A DNA stretch of 64,000 nt from Mytilus edulis (lineage: Eukaryota): the NCBI RefSeq assembly GCF_963676685.1, contig NC_092352.1:2542001-2606000 (forward strand). The letters are read 5' to 3'. The translations under genes were made by a program, and so were the position numbers. Positions 37,901 to 51,280 of the stretch are shown in pieces (the stretch's first letter is position 1; every line of letters begins with the position of its first letter). A model generated the notes under the pieces. That model did no database searches. It saw only the letters and a program-made list of their open reading frames with translations, and had not been told where the DNA came from.

Positions 37901-40116
37901 GACATTACAGCATGTGCATTCTTCTTAATGTATAGTTATTTTACTTTTTGTTACAAAACTGGAATGCATTAGTGCCTTGAAGGCAATAGAAAGAACACCA
38001 CGAGTGACGTAACGTCCGTCTGGCGTACAAAATTTGAATCCTGGTATCTATATGAGTTTATGTATATGTGTTAGGCTTACGGAGAACGTTAATTCTATTC
38101 TGTGACTAGACAACATGCAATAATGTTAAAATAGAATGTCCGTTTTCCTACAGGAATATGACAGTTGTTTTTCATTTATTCATTCATTCATCGTTTGATC
38201 TGGCCGAGTTTTTGATTTTGTTAGGTTTAAAAACAAATGTTGACTTTCCACTTTTGGAATTAACATTGGAGTTTGGTAATTTTGTTTATACTTTTTTATA
38301 AAGCCAGTCGATTGTTTTTGCTCTTCAACTTAAACCTGAAAATAGCATTTTGATACATACCGGCCTTTGTAAGTCTTGTATGATATTTAATTTTAGTTTC
38401 TTGTGTATAATTCGGAGTTTAGTATGACATCCATTATCACTGTACTAGTATACATATTTTTAAGGGGTCAGCTGAAGGACGCCTACAGGTGCGGGAGTTT
38501 CTCGCTACATCGAAGACCCATTGGTGGCCTTCGGCTGTTGTCTGCTCTATGGTCGGGTTGTTGTCGCTTTGACACATTCCCCATTTCCTATCTCAATTTC
38601 AAATAATAAAACACAGGACAAAACATAGAAAACTAAAGCTGAGCAACACGAACCCCACCAAAATCTGGGGAGATCTCATGTGCTCCAAAAGGGTAAGCAG
38701 ATCCTGCTCAACATGTGGCACCCATCGTGTCATTAAAGGACAGGATGCATTCTAATTAACAGTGTATGCCTTTATATGTTCTAATTGAGTGATTCATTTC
38801 AATATTTTTTTCATTTATTTTTTTTCTATTTTTTTATGTGTTTGATATTTCTGTTTGTTGAGTTTAACGGCATATATTATATACTGGTAGCCAAATTCAT
38901 AAAATATCAGTAATTTCACTGTCCAAAGAATAAACAAGATTGCAACCATTGAAAACAACATAATGAAAAACATGCCGTTTATGTTAACTCTTATATTTGT
39001 TTTCAACGTTGTTCTGGTAAAAAGAGGCGGAAGATACACATGGGAGATTCGAATCCCATAAATCGATGAGAAACTTGCAGTCATGACATCAAATAGAAGA
39101 CGCCAAACAGATGAACATGCTTACAGAACACTACATAAAATGTAAAGACTGGCCAACACGAACTCACTAAGAATAAGGGGTGAGTTCATGCGCTCCATAA
39201 AGATAAAAACGCTCTACTAGTGCCACCCGTCATGTGTGTTTACAAATCGGTAATAAGTCTCAAAAGGTAAATAACACAATTAAAGAAATCAAGATGAGAT
39301 TATTGTAACAATAGAACATAGTAATGCTCGTATGAGTATGCGTATGCGTCCGTAAAACTTTCGAAGGATTATTTGAACTTTATAACCCATTGCTTAATAG
39401 CTTCCTTGTAGGCATCAACCCTCTATCAAGGGAACCATAATTGGAATACAAAATATACTTGATGTTCATGATACTCACCATTATAAGCATGACATATACA
39501 TTTTTTGAAATAAATAGATCATTAGTATACATGTATTCCTTTTTTATACTGTTAGTAAGCACGTATGCAGTTAAATGTAATACATTTTCAACACATCAAT
39601 CTACCAATAGAATATTTGAAAGAGTTACAGTTTCATGTCTATTTATTGTAGTTTATTACAGTTGAATTGAAAATGATACGTGCCTATTTATTGAAGAAGA
39701 ACGAAAAAGAAGAGCCATTGTGCCACCAAACATTAAGATGGTGTTAATAACTTTGAAAGAAAAGACGTTTTGTGTGTATATCTACTTTCACAAAACATTA
39801 AGGAAAGGAAAAAATATGAAGAAAAAAATAAAATTTTGTAGTTTCGTTTAAAACTATTTGTTAAATTGAGAAGGAAATTGGGAACGTGTGAAAGGAACAA
39901 CAGCCCGATCACAGAGCAGACAACAGTCCAATTTGTCTTCAATGCAGGGAGAAATGCAACCGGAGGCATGCTTCAGCTGGCCCCTAAACAAACATGTATA
40001 TTTGTTCCGTGTATGTTTTCCTAGAAAGGATACAAACAAGATCATGAGCAGTACAGACACAATCACTGTGTTAGTACATGTGTTTTACATCTCTACTAAC
40101 TAACTAACTTACATTC

Positions 40117-43100
40117 CCCAAAATAAAAATTGTTTTAATCACTTCTTTACATGTCTTGTTTCAAGTATTTTCTTTAATACAGAAGCGAAATATACCAAAG
40201 GGACATTCTAACTCAAAGTAAAAAATAAAATGACAACGCCATGGCTAAAAAGAAAACGATTATCAGACAAACAGTAGTACACAAATACAACATAAACAAA
40301 CTACAATATAAGCAACACAGACGCCATTAAAACTTGTGGTGATTTCATGTGCTTCGGAAGGGTAAGCAGATCCTGCTCCGTATGTGGCAATAGTCACATA
40401 ACGGTTCATATTACCTGACGCAAACATGTGTCAGTATATCACTTGTATCTATTTTACGCAAACATGTGTCAGTATATCACTTGTATCTATTTTACGCAAA
40501 CATGTGTCAGTATATCACTTGTATCTATTTCACTATTCTATATATAATAAGAAGAAAAGAAAAGTAAACATTTCATAAATGCTGATAAACAGTTACTGAT
40601 TCTCAAAAGACATAATTTTTCATTTTGAACAGCATCACCAGATTTATATATTAGTTCTGGGTTTTTAAGGCACAATCAAATTGCTATCGTTATTTCATCG
40701 GAATCCGAAGAACGTGTGCACCTGAAACAATATTCGGGAAATTCCTAGTGTATTTGGAATAAAATCGGCTAATTTGAAACTAATCACAAAAAATTAAATC
40801 ACAAAAATTATAAACTCCAACGAATATTCAAAACGGAGGTTCCCTAATCAAATAGAAATTCAATAGTTCAAACACATCAAACGAATGGAAAGCAACTGTC
40901 GTATTCTTGATTTGGTACATACAATGCCGTTTGTAGAAAATAATGTTTAAACCTGTTTTTTCCAGCAACCTAAATCTCTCATTCTAATGCAACAACGTTT
41001 GTAACTTTCATTTTGATTGGATAACGTCACTTTCTTACATGGCATCAACTGACAATTGATGCTATGGGACGTACGCGCAAGCGCAGACGGCATATGACAG
41101 ATTTTAAATACATGTTTAAATGTTGTTTTCTGTCAGTTTCATTAGAATGGAGATAACAACATTGTATTTTAAGCTCCGATGTCATCAATTTGGGATATGA
41201 TGGTCGCAAATACCCGTTTACTGTCTCCGCTAACGCGTCGCCAGTAAACTTAATTTGCGACCATCAAATCCCCAATTGATGCCGTCGGAGCTTAAAATAC
41301 AATACAGTTTTCTCCTAATTAGTATGACAGTCGCATAGAATTCCTTTTTATTAACAACAATGTGTGAGCAAGACGGATACAAAAAGTAAAGAGTAAAAGA
41401 AATTTGATACATCAAATATAGAAAGAACAATATTAAAGATGATGATTTCAAGTGTGGTCGTTGTATTGTATTAAATGTGTTCATTCAATGTTAAACTTTG
41501 TACAAAGAAAGCAGTAGTGTATTTTAAAAAGCTGCAACTGTTTGTGTAAAAATAAAAAGCATGAACCATATAATAAAAAAATCTAGAAATGTACGTGCAG
41601 AACACGCACAATGCGCTTCTCAGCATCTTATAAAGTCAGATTAGACTATTGGAACAAAACGAATTAACATTTCATGGGATTTAAACGAGTCTATTGGAAT
41701 AAAATATCCATTTACATATCACAAAGAATGCATACAAATGCAGTCTATATTCTTTTCTACAAACATGTTTGACTATCGAACAACTGCATAATAAACAAAA
41801 CACTGCTGCAGTATGTTTTAGAATTAAATATGTGAATACTGTAAAAGTTGGATAAACTGATTAAGTAAATATAATGATACTTATAATACAATGAATCAGG
41901 CCTTTTCACGAAATCAATTTATTTCAGCCAGACAAATAACATTTTGCAGTTTCGTTTTTAAAATATTAGTGCATTTTTTCCTAAAATGTATACCAACAAG
42001 ATTATGAAACGTTTAAGTACAAACACAATCATGGTGTGAGAACATGTGTTTTACATCGATTCGTAAATAACTACCTTGCAGTCCCCAAAATAATATGTGT
42101 TTTAACCACTCCTTCACATGTCTTGCTTCAAGTATTTTCTTAAATAGAGAAGTGAAATATACAAGAGGGACATTCAAACTCATAGTGAAAATAAAATGAC
42201 AACGTCAAGGCTAAAAAAACCGCATATAAGCAACACAAACGCCATTAAAATTGGGGTGATATCATATGCATTGGAAGGGTAAGCAGATCCTGCTCCATAT
42301 GTGGCACTAGTCATATAACGGGCGATTAAAACTGATGAAATAACTCACACACCTAATTTTACCCAAACACGTGTCAGTATATAAATTGTATGTATCTCAC
42401 TAGTATATGTATTAAAAGTAAAAAAGTAAAAAATATCATGAATGCTGATAACACTGTTTCTCAAAAGAAATAATTGATCATTTTGAATAGCATTACCAGA
42501 TTTATATATCAAATCTGTTTTTTAGGCATAAACAAACTGCTATCGTTTTATCACCGGAATCATAAGAACATGTGCACCTTAAAACAATTCTTAGTGTATT
42601 TTAAATAAAATCGGATGATTTGAAACTAGTCAGAAAAAAAGTAAAATCACAAAAATTACATACTCCAAAGAATATTCAAAACGGAAGTCCCCTATGTAAT
42701 CAAATAGAAATTCAATAGTTCAAACATACAAAACCAATGGGAAACAACTGTCATTTTCTTCATTTGGTATAGAAATTCAGTATGTAGAAAATTATGTTTT
42801 AAACCGGGTTTTCCAACAACCTCAACCTCTCATTTGTATGACAGTCGCATAAAATTCCATTTTATTGACAACAATGTGTGAGCTAGACAAATATAAAAAG
42901 TGAAAAGATTTGGATACAACATATATAGAAAGAACTATTGGTAAAGATATGATAGTGTGGTCGTTGTATTTTATTACATGTGTTCATTACATGTATAACT
43001 TTGTATTGGCAACGAAAGCAGTGATGTTTATTTTTGTTATTAAAAAAGCTGCCACTGCTTGTGTAAAGATACAAAGCATGAACCATATAATAATAAAATC

Positions 43101-43477
43101 TCGAAATGTACAAACAGAACACGTGAAATGCGCTTCTCAACATCTTATAAAGTTAGATTAGTCTATCGGAAAAATCGTATTAATATTTTATGGGATCTAA
43201 ACGAGTCTTTTGGAATTAAATATCCATTTGCATATCACAAAGAATGCAAACAAACATGACAAATGCAGTCTATATTCCTTTCTAAATACAAACATGTTTG
43301 ACTATCGAACTACTGCATAATAAACAAAACACTGCTGCAGTATGTTTTAGAACTTTTTTTAACAATATGTGAATACTGTAAAAGTTGGATAAACTGATTA
43401 AGTAAATATAATGATACTTATAATACAATGAATCAGGCCTTCTCACGAAATCAATTTATTTGAGCCAGACATATAAC
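40117..43477. repeat. Local tandem segmental duplication (40117-41940 vs 42083-43477)
   Basis: Colinear blocks with family C and D fragments. Copy 1 has an extra 3 x 38-bp repeat (about 40417-40530) and an insertion at 40984-41320. Confidence 0.88.
40984..41320. mobile_element. Crypton-like palindromic non-autonomous element
   Basis: Inverted arms of about 75 bp (41149-41224 and 41242-41315) around the loop TCTCCGCTAACGCGTCGC; GATTGG near the left end. Absent from the duplicate site (about 42830), no clear TSD. Confidence 0.6.
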
Positions 43478-45693
43478 TGTTTAACTACAGAAAATAAAGA
43501 CAATAATATTGAAATGTAAAGACTACAAGAGGGAAAAATAGAATTTATGATTGTGGATCACGATACAAAGGATAATTAAGAAAGGGCCATAATATTACAT
43601 CTCTACCACAAGACGGATGATAGAACTGATTAGACACAGAGACAACACGACTTCAAATATAACTCACCTGTAGCGCTCACTGTCAGCAACCCTTTAATCT
43701 TCTACTTCAAGTCAATCAACATACAGGTGTTATCTACTTCACCGGAAGTACTTGGCGAGTGTTAACGTCTGCCTTAGAAGAGGATGCTACGAGATCACAA
43801 GATGACATTACTCAAGAATACGGACCTTTTATGTTTCCATTTTTAAAGAACAAGGAATTTCCAGTTAAGAAATATAGATATCATTGTAAAGCTCTTTGAA
43901 AGATATTGTGTTTTAATTTACTGTAAATCGCACACTTAATCTAATAAACTGGTAACAAAGCTGACTGATGGCATCTTAAAAGTCAATGTGTCTGGCTTTT
44001 TACCAACTGAACGCTTCATAACGTTCCAATAGTTCCCCAAGTATCATTACATTTGTACGACGAGTAAAAAGCTTTCTCTGATGTGTTACCTGCAATACGT
44101 TGGGTAATTAATCCAGCACCTGCTGTGCTCGTTTTTGATCAAAACTGGCACGGCTTACAATAACTCAGAAATCTTATATCGTCTTTTATCATTTCATTTT
44201 CTTCTTAGTTTGAAGCAATCTAAATTAAATGTGCATTGGTATTTACATTGTGAAGTTGAAACATGAAGAAATTACTTCTGTGTTTCTGATTAAATAGAAT
44301 ATTGCGTTTCTTATCTAAGTATTGCTTTGACTGACATTTGATGTTCATCTTCTGATTAAAATCATACAAAGTTCTTCTGTAAAAAGAACAAAAGTCATAC
44401 TTTAATTCGAAACATTAACAAAATGTCGAGTTTGATTAACAATCAAATATTTGGCACTTTCAGCGTCGTAACCGATTTTCTGTATATGACCAATTTTAGA
44501 CAGTAAGCTTTAATTATTAATCGTATCTGTGTACATTGGTTTGTTTGGAAATATATCAGACAGTTATTTCACAGTTAACACACCTTTTAATGAAATTTTA
44601 CTCCCCTATGACGATTTTCTCACTGTGCCCGTCATTTTACATTAAATCCTTTAAAATATTTATGTAGGCCATCTTTAGTTATAGAAAAATTCATGGAGAC
44701 TATTAAAAAAACTCCAATACCTGTCAATACCGTTGTTTCCTGTGTGCCAGTCTTACACATGTTCATCGGATGAAGTTTTCTTTTTCGAATTGTTACATAT
44801 TTTGTCATACCGGGGATTGTCATTGAATTACTATTATTTAGTATGTCTTTTTAAATTATCTCATTTTTTTAAGGTCATTCGGTAACCAAATGCAATTGTT
44901 CACATGTACTCTTCAATAGCTATTTATTTCATTGGTATTCATACCATATCTCTTTACTTTTATATTTATTTAGAAAATAATATTGTTTTACAAGTTATGG
45001 AAGGAATTTAATTGTCAATTTCTTTTTCTAATTTTACATGGAATTTTGTTTTTTCTTTCACGAATCATGCTGTTGCTATCAATTCGAACTGTTACGGTAG
45101 TGTTACATTTGATCGTAACATATATTCTCACTTTTCATTTATAAATTCGAGAATACCTTTACAGCATCGAAAAAACATACTGTGTTTTCTATGAAGTATT
45201 CATATTTATCATGCAACTTTTGAGGATTGAAACTATTAACATTATTTCATGCTAAGATCGGTTTAATGTTCTGCGAAAAGTATTTTGTGTTTGTAGTTGT
45301 TATGATCGTAGGTTTGTTAACAAAATATGCGAGAATAAGAGTCATACTTTACCTATTTAAATGCAATCTAAAATTGATTACTCTCACATATGATCTTTTA
45401 ATAGCATCACTATCTATCGTTTATATAGGTTTAAGATAAATCTAAAGATTACCGCTTATATTTACACATAATGAAGCTTTTTACTTCATTTGTCTTAGCC
45501 TTTATGTGAAGTTTCAGTATGATTCCTTAATATATTAATATATAAGGTTACTTTCTATTTTTAGGATGACTTTTGTCGACTCCATGTTACATGTACATTG
45601 TTTAGATGAACTGATTTGTAGGAAGATTTTTCTAATATCATATCTCTTTTTTATATCTATAATCTCATCATAGATACTAGGAACAAATTGGGA

Positions 45694-45737
45694 ACGCCAG
45701 AAGCGCATTTCGTCTACAAAAGACTCATCAGTGACGT
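45694..45737 (-). ncRNA. Minimal type I hammerhead ribozyme, catalytic core intact
   Basis: Minus strand ACGTCA-CTGATGA-GTCT-tttgt-AGAC-GAAA-TGCGCT-TC^TGGCGT: 6-bp stem I, 4-bp stem II, palindromic GCGC loop III, one U.U mismatch in stem III. Confidence 0.8.
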
Positions 45738-46350
45738 GCAAATAAAATTAAGAATGAAAAAGTAAAGAAAGTATACGAAATAGAGGATTTGAATTTTAGA
45801 TTAAGTACATACATGTTTATAAGTAAAAAATTTCAAAGGCCAGCTGTATGTCTTGTGATTTTCAATTCTACCATGATCTCATGCTACCAAATTTCATGAG
45901 GCTCATATTGTAGTTCCTTGGGAAAATCATTTGAAATTGGCATGAGACGAACCCACAGATAATGATGTTTGTAGTGTACCCCTCCTTTGGGTCGGAAGTT
46001 TACCTTTTTTTATTCCATAGACTAAAACAGTCTTTTTTGTGTTAAATGCCATGGTTATTTATCTTTTACAACATTACTGAGATTTTGCTTCAATTTGAAA
46101 CTAGCTATCTTATATAGGTAGTAAGTTGTATTAATTGTAGCTCGGTCATCTTTAAAATATTTATTTAACATCAAATGTACCATCTTATCAACATCTATAA
46201 ATTTGGTCAACGGTGTTATCTGTTTTTACCGAATAGAAAATCGGAATCGATCGCAGCAAGTTTGACCATGATAACTTTCTAACATGATCATGTTAAATAT
46301 TGCTGAATATAATTGAAGAAAAATACATATACTTGATTAATTATTTATAA

Positions 46351-47118
46351 CTAGAACACACCCGTGATATCGCGGGTCCGTGACTGAATTCAAGTTTATT
46401 ACTATGCGTAAGCCTTATTTAAGTATTGGTATTGTCATCTGATAAAGTTATGCCGATTATAAGATGCACAGTTTTCTCTGCTTTCAAAATCTTTCTGGTT
46501 AAACCCGTCGACTTGGAACTTATCAATTATAGGTTATATTAATTATTTGGAAAACGAAAGGGCCTGGAATGGAGTATTTTTTAATCAACAGCATTGTCCT
46601 ATAATAGTTATAAATAAAGTTGAATTATTTGATTGGCTGTTTTACGTCATGCCGTCTTACAAATTGAAAACTGTACCTATACGCCTTATCTTAAGTCCAG
46701 TTTTTTAGTATTCGTATTGTCATCTTAGAAAGTCATACTGATTAAAATACTACAATAGGGAACAATGTGACAGTGATTGAATTTAGTAGTGTCAACTCTG
46801 TGATTATGACCCGTGTATATGATAGCAAAATCCTAAATACACCGTTGGTGGTGCGCCTGTCAGAAGCGAAACGTTCAGATAAGGTAATAAGTAACAGGTG
46901 AATATACTATTGGTATCGGTATCGGATTCGACCCGGAACTGGTAAATTATTGGCAATATTAATTATGTGGAAAACAAAAGGGTCTGGAGTGGTGTAATTT
47001 TTAATCAACACCATTGTCTTATATTAGCAAATGCCTATATAAAGTTGAATTCTTTGATTTGTCGTTTTTTTTTCCATGACGGCTGACAAATTGGATCTCG
47101 TTATTTTAGTATTATAGA
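46351..47118 (-). mobile_element. Non-autonomous Helitron (768 bp)
   Basis: Minus strand begins A|TCTATAATAC and ends CTAG|T, with hairpin ACCCGCGATATCACGGGT just upstream of CTAG. No TSD. Internal duplicated blocks at about 46510-46665 and 46935-47093. Confidence 0.88.
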
Positions 47119-47554
47119 TATGATTTTGTAACCTAGCACAACATAGAACTGACAGAAAGAAAAGTTACATCAATAATATTAAAGCGTAGTGTGATTTTGT
47201 AATTTATAATTTTTAAAATAAATTACGTTTCAAAAAGCGATCTTTTATAACATTTTGAATATTATGCGAGATGAATACTATAAAATGGAACTGCATGGAT
47301 TTCTTTGATGGTAATATATACATTGATCCTTATTCAACAGAAAAAACATGCGTGCTTCTTGCGCGGATTAATCATTTCAGAAATTTTAGGTTTGGGTGTT
47401 CAAGTTTATCCTAATAAACACAGGCAGTGAATTTTTAATTTAAGGTTGATCGAAAAAAACACAGTTAAAACAAAACAGATTTTTTTCTGAAATCGTCACA
47501 GTTTAGCATTGCACAGTGGTATCATAAATTTTACCCTTATTTTCATTAAATTTC

Positions 47555-47940
47555 AATTGATATTTTATAGTGTGTCTGTCTATGTTGTGATGTCATACTA
47601 GATAAGGGAGAAGGTTTGGTACCATTAAAACGTTTAATCCGGCTGCAATTGTTTGCACCTGTCCTGATTCAGGAATCTGATGTTCAGTAGTTGTTGTTTG
47701 TTTATGTGATTCATAAGCGTTTCTCGTTTCTCTTTTTTTATAAATAAATTAGACCGCTGGTTTTCCGTTTGAATGGTTTTACACTAGTAATTTTTGGGGC
47801 CCTTTATAGCTTGCTGTTCAGTGTGAGCCAATGCTCCGTGTTGAAGACCGAACCTTGACCTATAATGGTTTACTTTTATAAATTGTGAATTGGATGGAGA
47901 GTTGTCTCATTGGCACTCAAACCAAATCTTCTTATATCTA
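47555..47940 (+). mobile_element. Family B repeat copy
   Basis: Highly similar to 9555-9950. Related B' copies at 52498-52815, 48450-48730, 18540-18720, 55165-55450 and 58750-59040. Confidence 0.8.
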
Positions 47941-50721
47941 TTTTGTGTAATTTTAACCTTTTATCTTTTTAAATGCTTCACTACTACTACTCTTGTCTAA
48001 AATCTGTCAAAAACAATTCTTTAAAAATAGGAATAAAAGATAATGGTATTGATTTAAATCTTGTAAAAGCACTTAACATTTATAGGGTAGGAATTATTCG
48101 TCCATGATAACATTATCTGTGATAATATCTGTTTAATTCCAATAAAAACTTTGTACAATTGTTCAAATTCCCCAAATCCTCCCAAGAAATATTACTTTTA
48201 AATAGTTCTGAATCCAATATAATTGCTTATAACTTGTGTTTTCTTTACAGAACAAGCATGTAATCGTTTTTAACATTCGTGAAAAGAATAAGTTTACATA
48301 GAAATTAGTCCACGGCTTATTGTTAGCGTCAGGAGATATACTTTTAATTCAAATTTCTGAAAGTATGAATACACAAAGTAGAAATGTAAGCTATAGCCCT
48401 ACAGACGATGTTAATGGGAGAATCTAGAAACCTAGATTGAATTAACATATAAAAAAAGAAGATGTGGTATAATTGCCAATGAGATAACTCCTCACAAGAG
48501 ACAAAAATACACCAAAATTAAGAACTAAAGATCACAGTACAACCTTCAACAATAGAATAAAAAGCCATGAAATGACAAATGTAAACAATTTAAACGATAT
48601 AACTACCAGCTTAATTTAGGTACAAAAAAGTAAAAATAAAAATTGTAACACAAGTACAAAACAACAAACGACAAGCACAGAAATACAGGCTCCTGAGTTG
48701 GGAAAGGCACATTCAGAACAAGGCGTGGCATCATATTGTATGTCCAGATTCCGATCAAACTTAACAGTTAACATTCGTTTAATTTTGTTTATAAAAGTCT
48801 TCCTGCTTTCGTGTAATAAAATAATATATTGTTCAATCTTCGCGTTTTTAGTATAGTCTCGCCTCGTTGCTTAACACTACAATCATCCAATGAATCATAA
48901 CAAAAGCTTCTGTAACAATATGGCTACTTCGATGTTACTTGATTTCATCATTGCGTATTATTTTTATTTAATAATACAATTTTAATCTCTGTACAAATGT
49001 TATAGTTTTTCTTGTAAATTCTGATTGATTAATTTAAGGTTATATGTGTCAGATTTATCTAAAATATGATGGATTAAATTTCAGATACACCGAGTAACAA
49101 TTACACTCCATTACAACTAGTTAAAATTTTCTGATGGAAATGTTGTGAAAAGGAACATTAGTTAGTCTAAATCAGTCATGACAGCTAAAATTAACGATCA
49201 TTCGAAACACTCGGGTCATATCTAACTCGTGCGCACAACGTCATACATGTATATTTGGCTTGAAAACTAGTTGATTTTTAAAAAAATGAGATGGTCTGAT
49301 AAGTATAGTTACGCAAACTGTGTTCTTTAGGCACACATTGGAAGTACTCGTATATTTTAAAGTGTGTGTGGGACACTGTCCTTTCCGGACAATGAATGGA
49401 CAGTAATCCGATAATATTATACAGTGATGAATCGTTTGGTCGTCAGATTACCAAACTTTCAGACCAGCTTCTAGTCAAGATTTACAGTCTTACCTCGAAA
49501 ACTTAAAATTATCATCCTTCTTTTTCAGTAACAAAGAAAATAAATAAAACGCGTCAAAGCCAAATAAAAAAATATAGGTATTCCAATGAATTTATCATTC
49601 TACTTCTCAATTGTTCAAACTGAAACTTTTATACGTTGCTATAAAACTGAATTTCTACCAAAGAAGAGTTGAAGTGTAACGAATTCTGCGAAATAAACGA
49701 ACAGTCGGTAAATTGAACACCGTCTGAGAATAAAAGTTCCTGTAAATAGTTTAACGCGAACGAAATAATATTATTGAATTATGCATTGATCGTCACAGAG
49801 TCGACCTCTAGAAAGACTCCCAAAACAGTGATGATACAAATGCTACAAGTTAAGTACCTTACATTATCCAGACTTATTTTTTTTCATTATATTTTATCAG
49901 AGTTATAATCATAAGATGGTAATTTTCTATGCAATAAACCGTACACCATTACTCTAAAAACTCAGATAAAACTGCGCAAATCACCCGTAAAACTCCCATC
50001 ATAAAAATATTGATTAATTATTCAATGCAAAAGTCAGCATTCATTCATAACAAATCATTTTGATATGTCCACGTGATACGTCCACGTGGGAGGATGATTG
50101 AGATAATACAATAAGTACGGCGTCGCAGCATTTCTAAACAATGTTAATATCTTCTCTACCATAAAGAGTAATTTTGAATATTAGTAAAATAAATAATATA
50201 TTTCATTACGATTTCACTTTACTGTAAAATTGTTGAATCGGAAGATTAAAAAAATGAGTTCTCTGCTATAAATTTGTGTTTAGTCTGTTGAACACATACG
50301 GTGAAAAGCAAAATTACAAAAATACCGAATTTCCGAAAAAAATTCTAAACACAAAATCCGTAATCAAATGGCAAAATCAAACTCTCTAAAAACACATAAA
50401 ACGAATGGATAATAACTTTCATATTCTTGACATGATACAGGCATTTTCTTATGTAGAAATGGCTCTTACAGATATAATTGAAAAAAACATATACACACAT
50501 TTGTGGCGAAAATCTGACTTCATCACATGTATTGGTGGTAAAAGACAAACGTATGGAAAAAAATCTAGAAAAAGGAGAGATAAACTAAAAGTGCCGATCT
50601 ACATTTTATGATTGGAAATATACGTTAAATAAGAATAAAGATATTTTACATTTTGAGAACCAATGAACAAGTAATGTATCCAATGTTCCTCTGGGTATTT
50701 ATCAGATAAGAAAGCTAAAGA

Positions 50722-50938
50722 CGATGATTGATTGGTGGTTAACGTCACTTTCAGCAATAATGTGCTATTTTGTGGCGGTCATTTTGTTTGGAAAGAGGAA
50801 GGTGGAGCGCCCTGGAAAGAACCATTGCGCTTCAGTAGGAAACTGACAATTCTAGTCGATCCCACCTGCAAAGTGCGGGAATCGAGCTCAAAACTTCAAC
50901 GTTGATAGGCTAATAATACTGTAAATCAACCGAGGTCA
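50722..50938 (-). mobile_element. Degenerate tRNA-derived SINE, V-SINE-like, with (CAAT)n tail; duplicate at 56524-56797
   Basis: Minus strand has B-box-like G(C/T)TCGATTC and central GGTTCTTTCCAGGGCGCTCCACCTTCCTC resembling the V domain. Tail expanded to about 17 GATT units in copy 2. Confidence 0.55.
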
Positions 50939-51280
50939 TTTAAAAATTTAGAAAAAAAGATTTGAACAAAGTCCTTAACATAATTATGACATTTAACTTT
51001 CAACTTGTTACTGTATTGTATAATCGAGCTGAGATTCGCTTTATATCACCTTATCTGTTTGATAAAGCTCAAAACCATCGTGCATCTAATTAATTGTTTG
51101 TACAATGCAGCCGAGAAATGCATAAACATATTCTTTAACACTTACAGTCACTTCCCCTTTCGACAGACACATCTTATCATTAAGATTTGATATTTTACCA
51201 TGCAGTTTTCCCGTTTTGTTCGACACAACTGATTTTGTCTTATTTATATTTCTAAGTGGCCGATTCACTATCAGAATTCC

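Noticed and set aside
50066-50090. Tandem E-boxes (CACGTG x2) and CCGGAAGT at 19661
   Set aside because: Short motifs with no gene or transcript context to support function.
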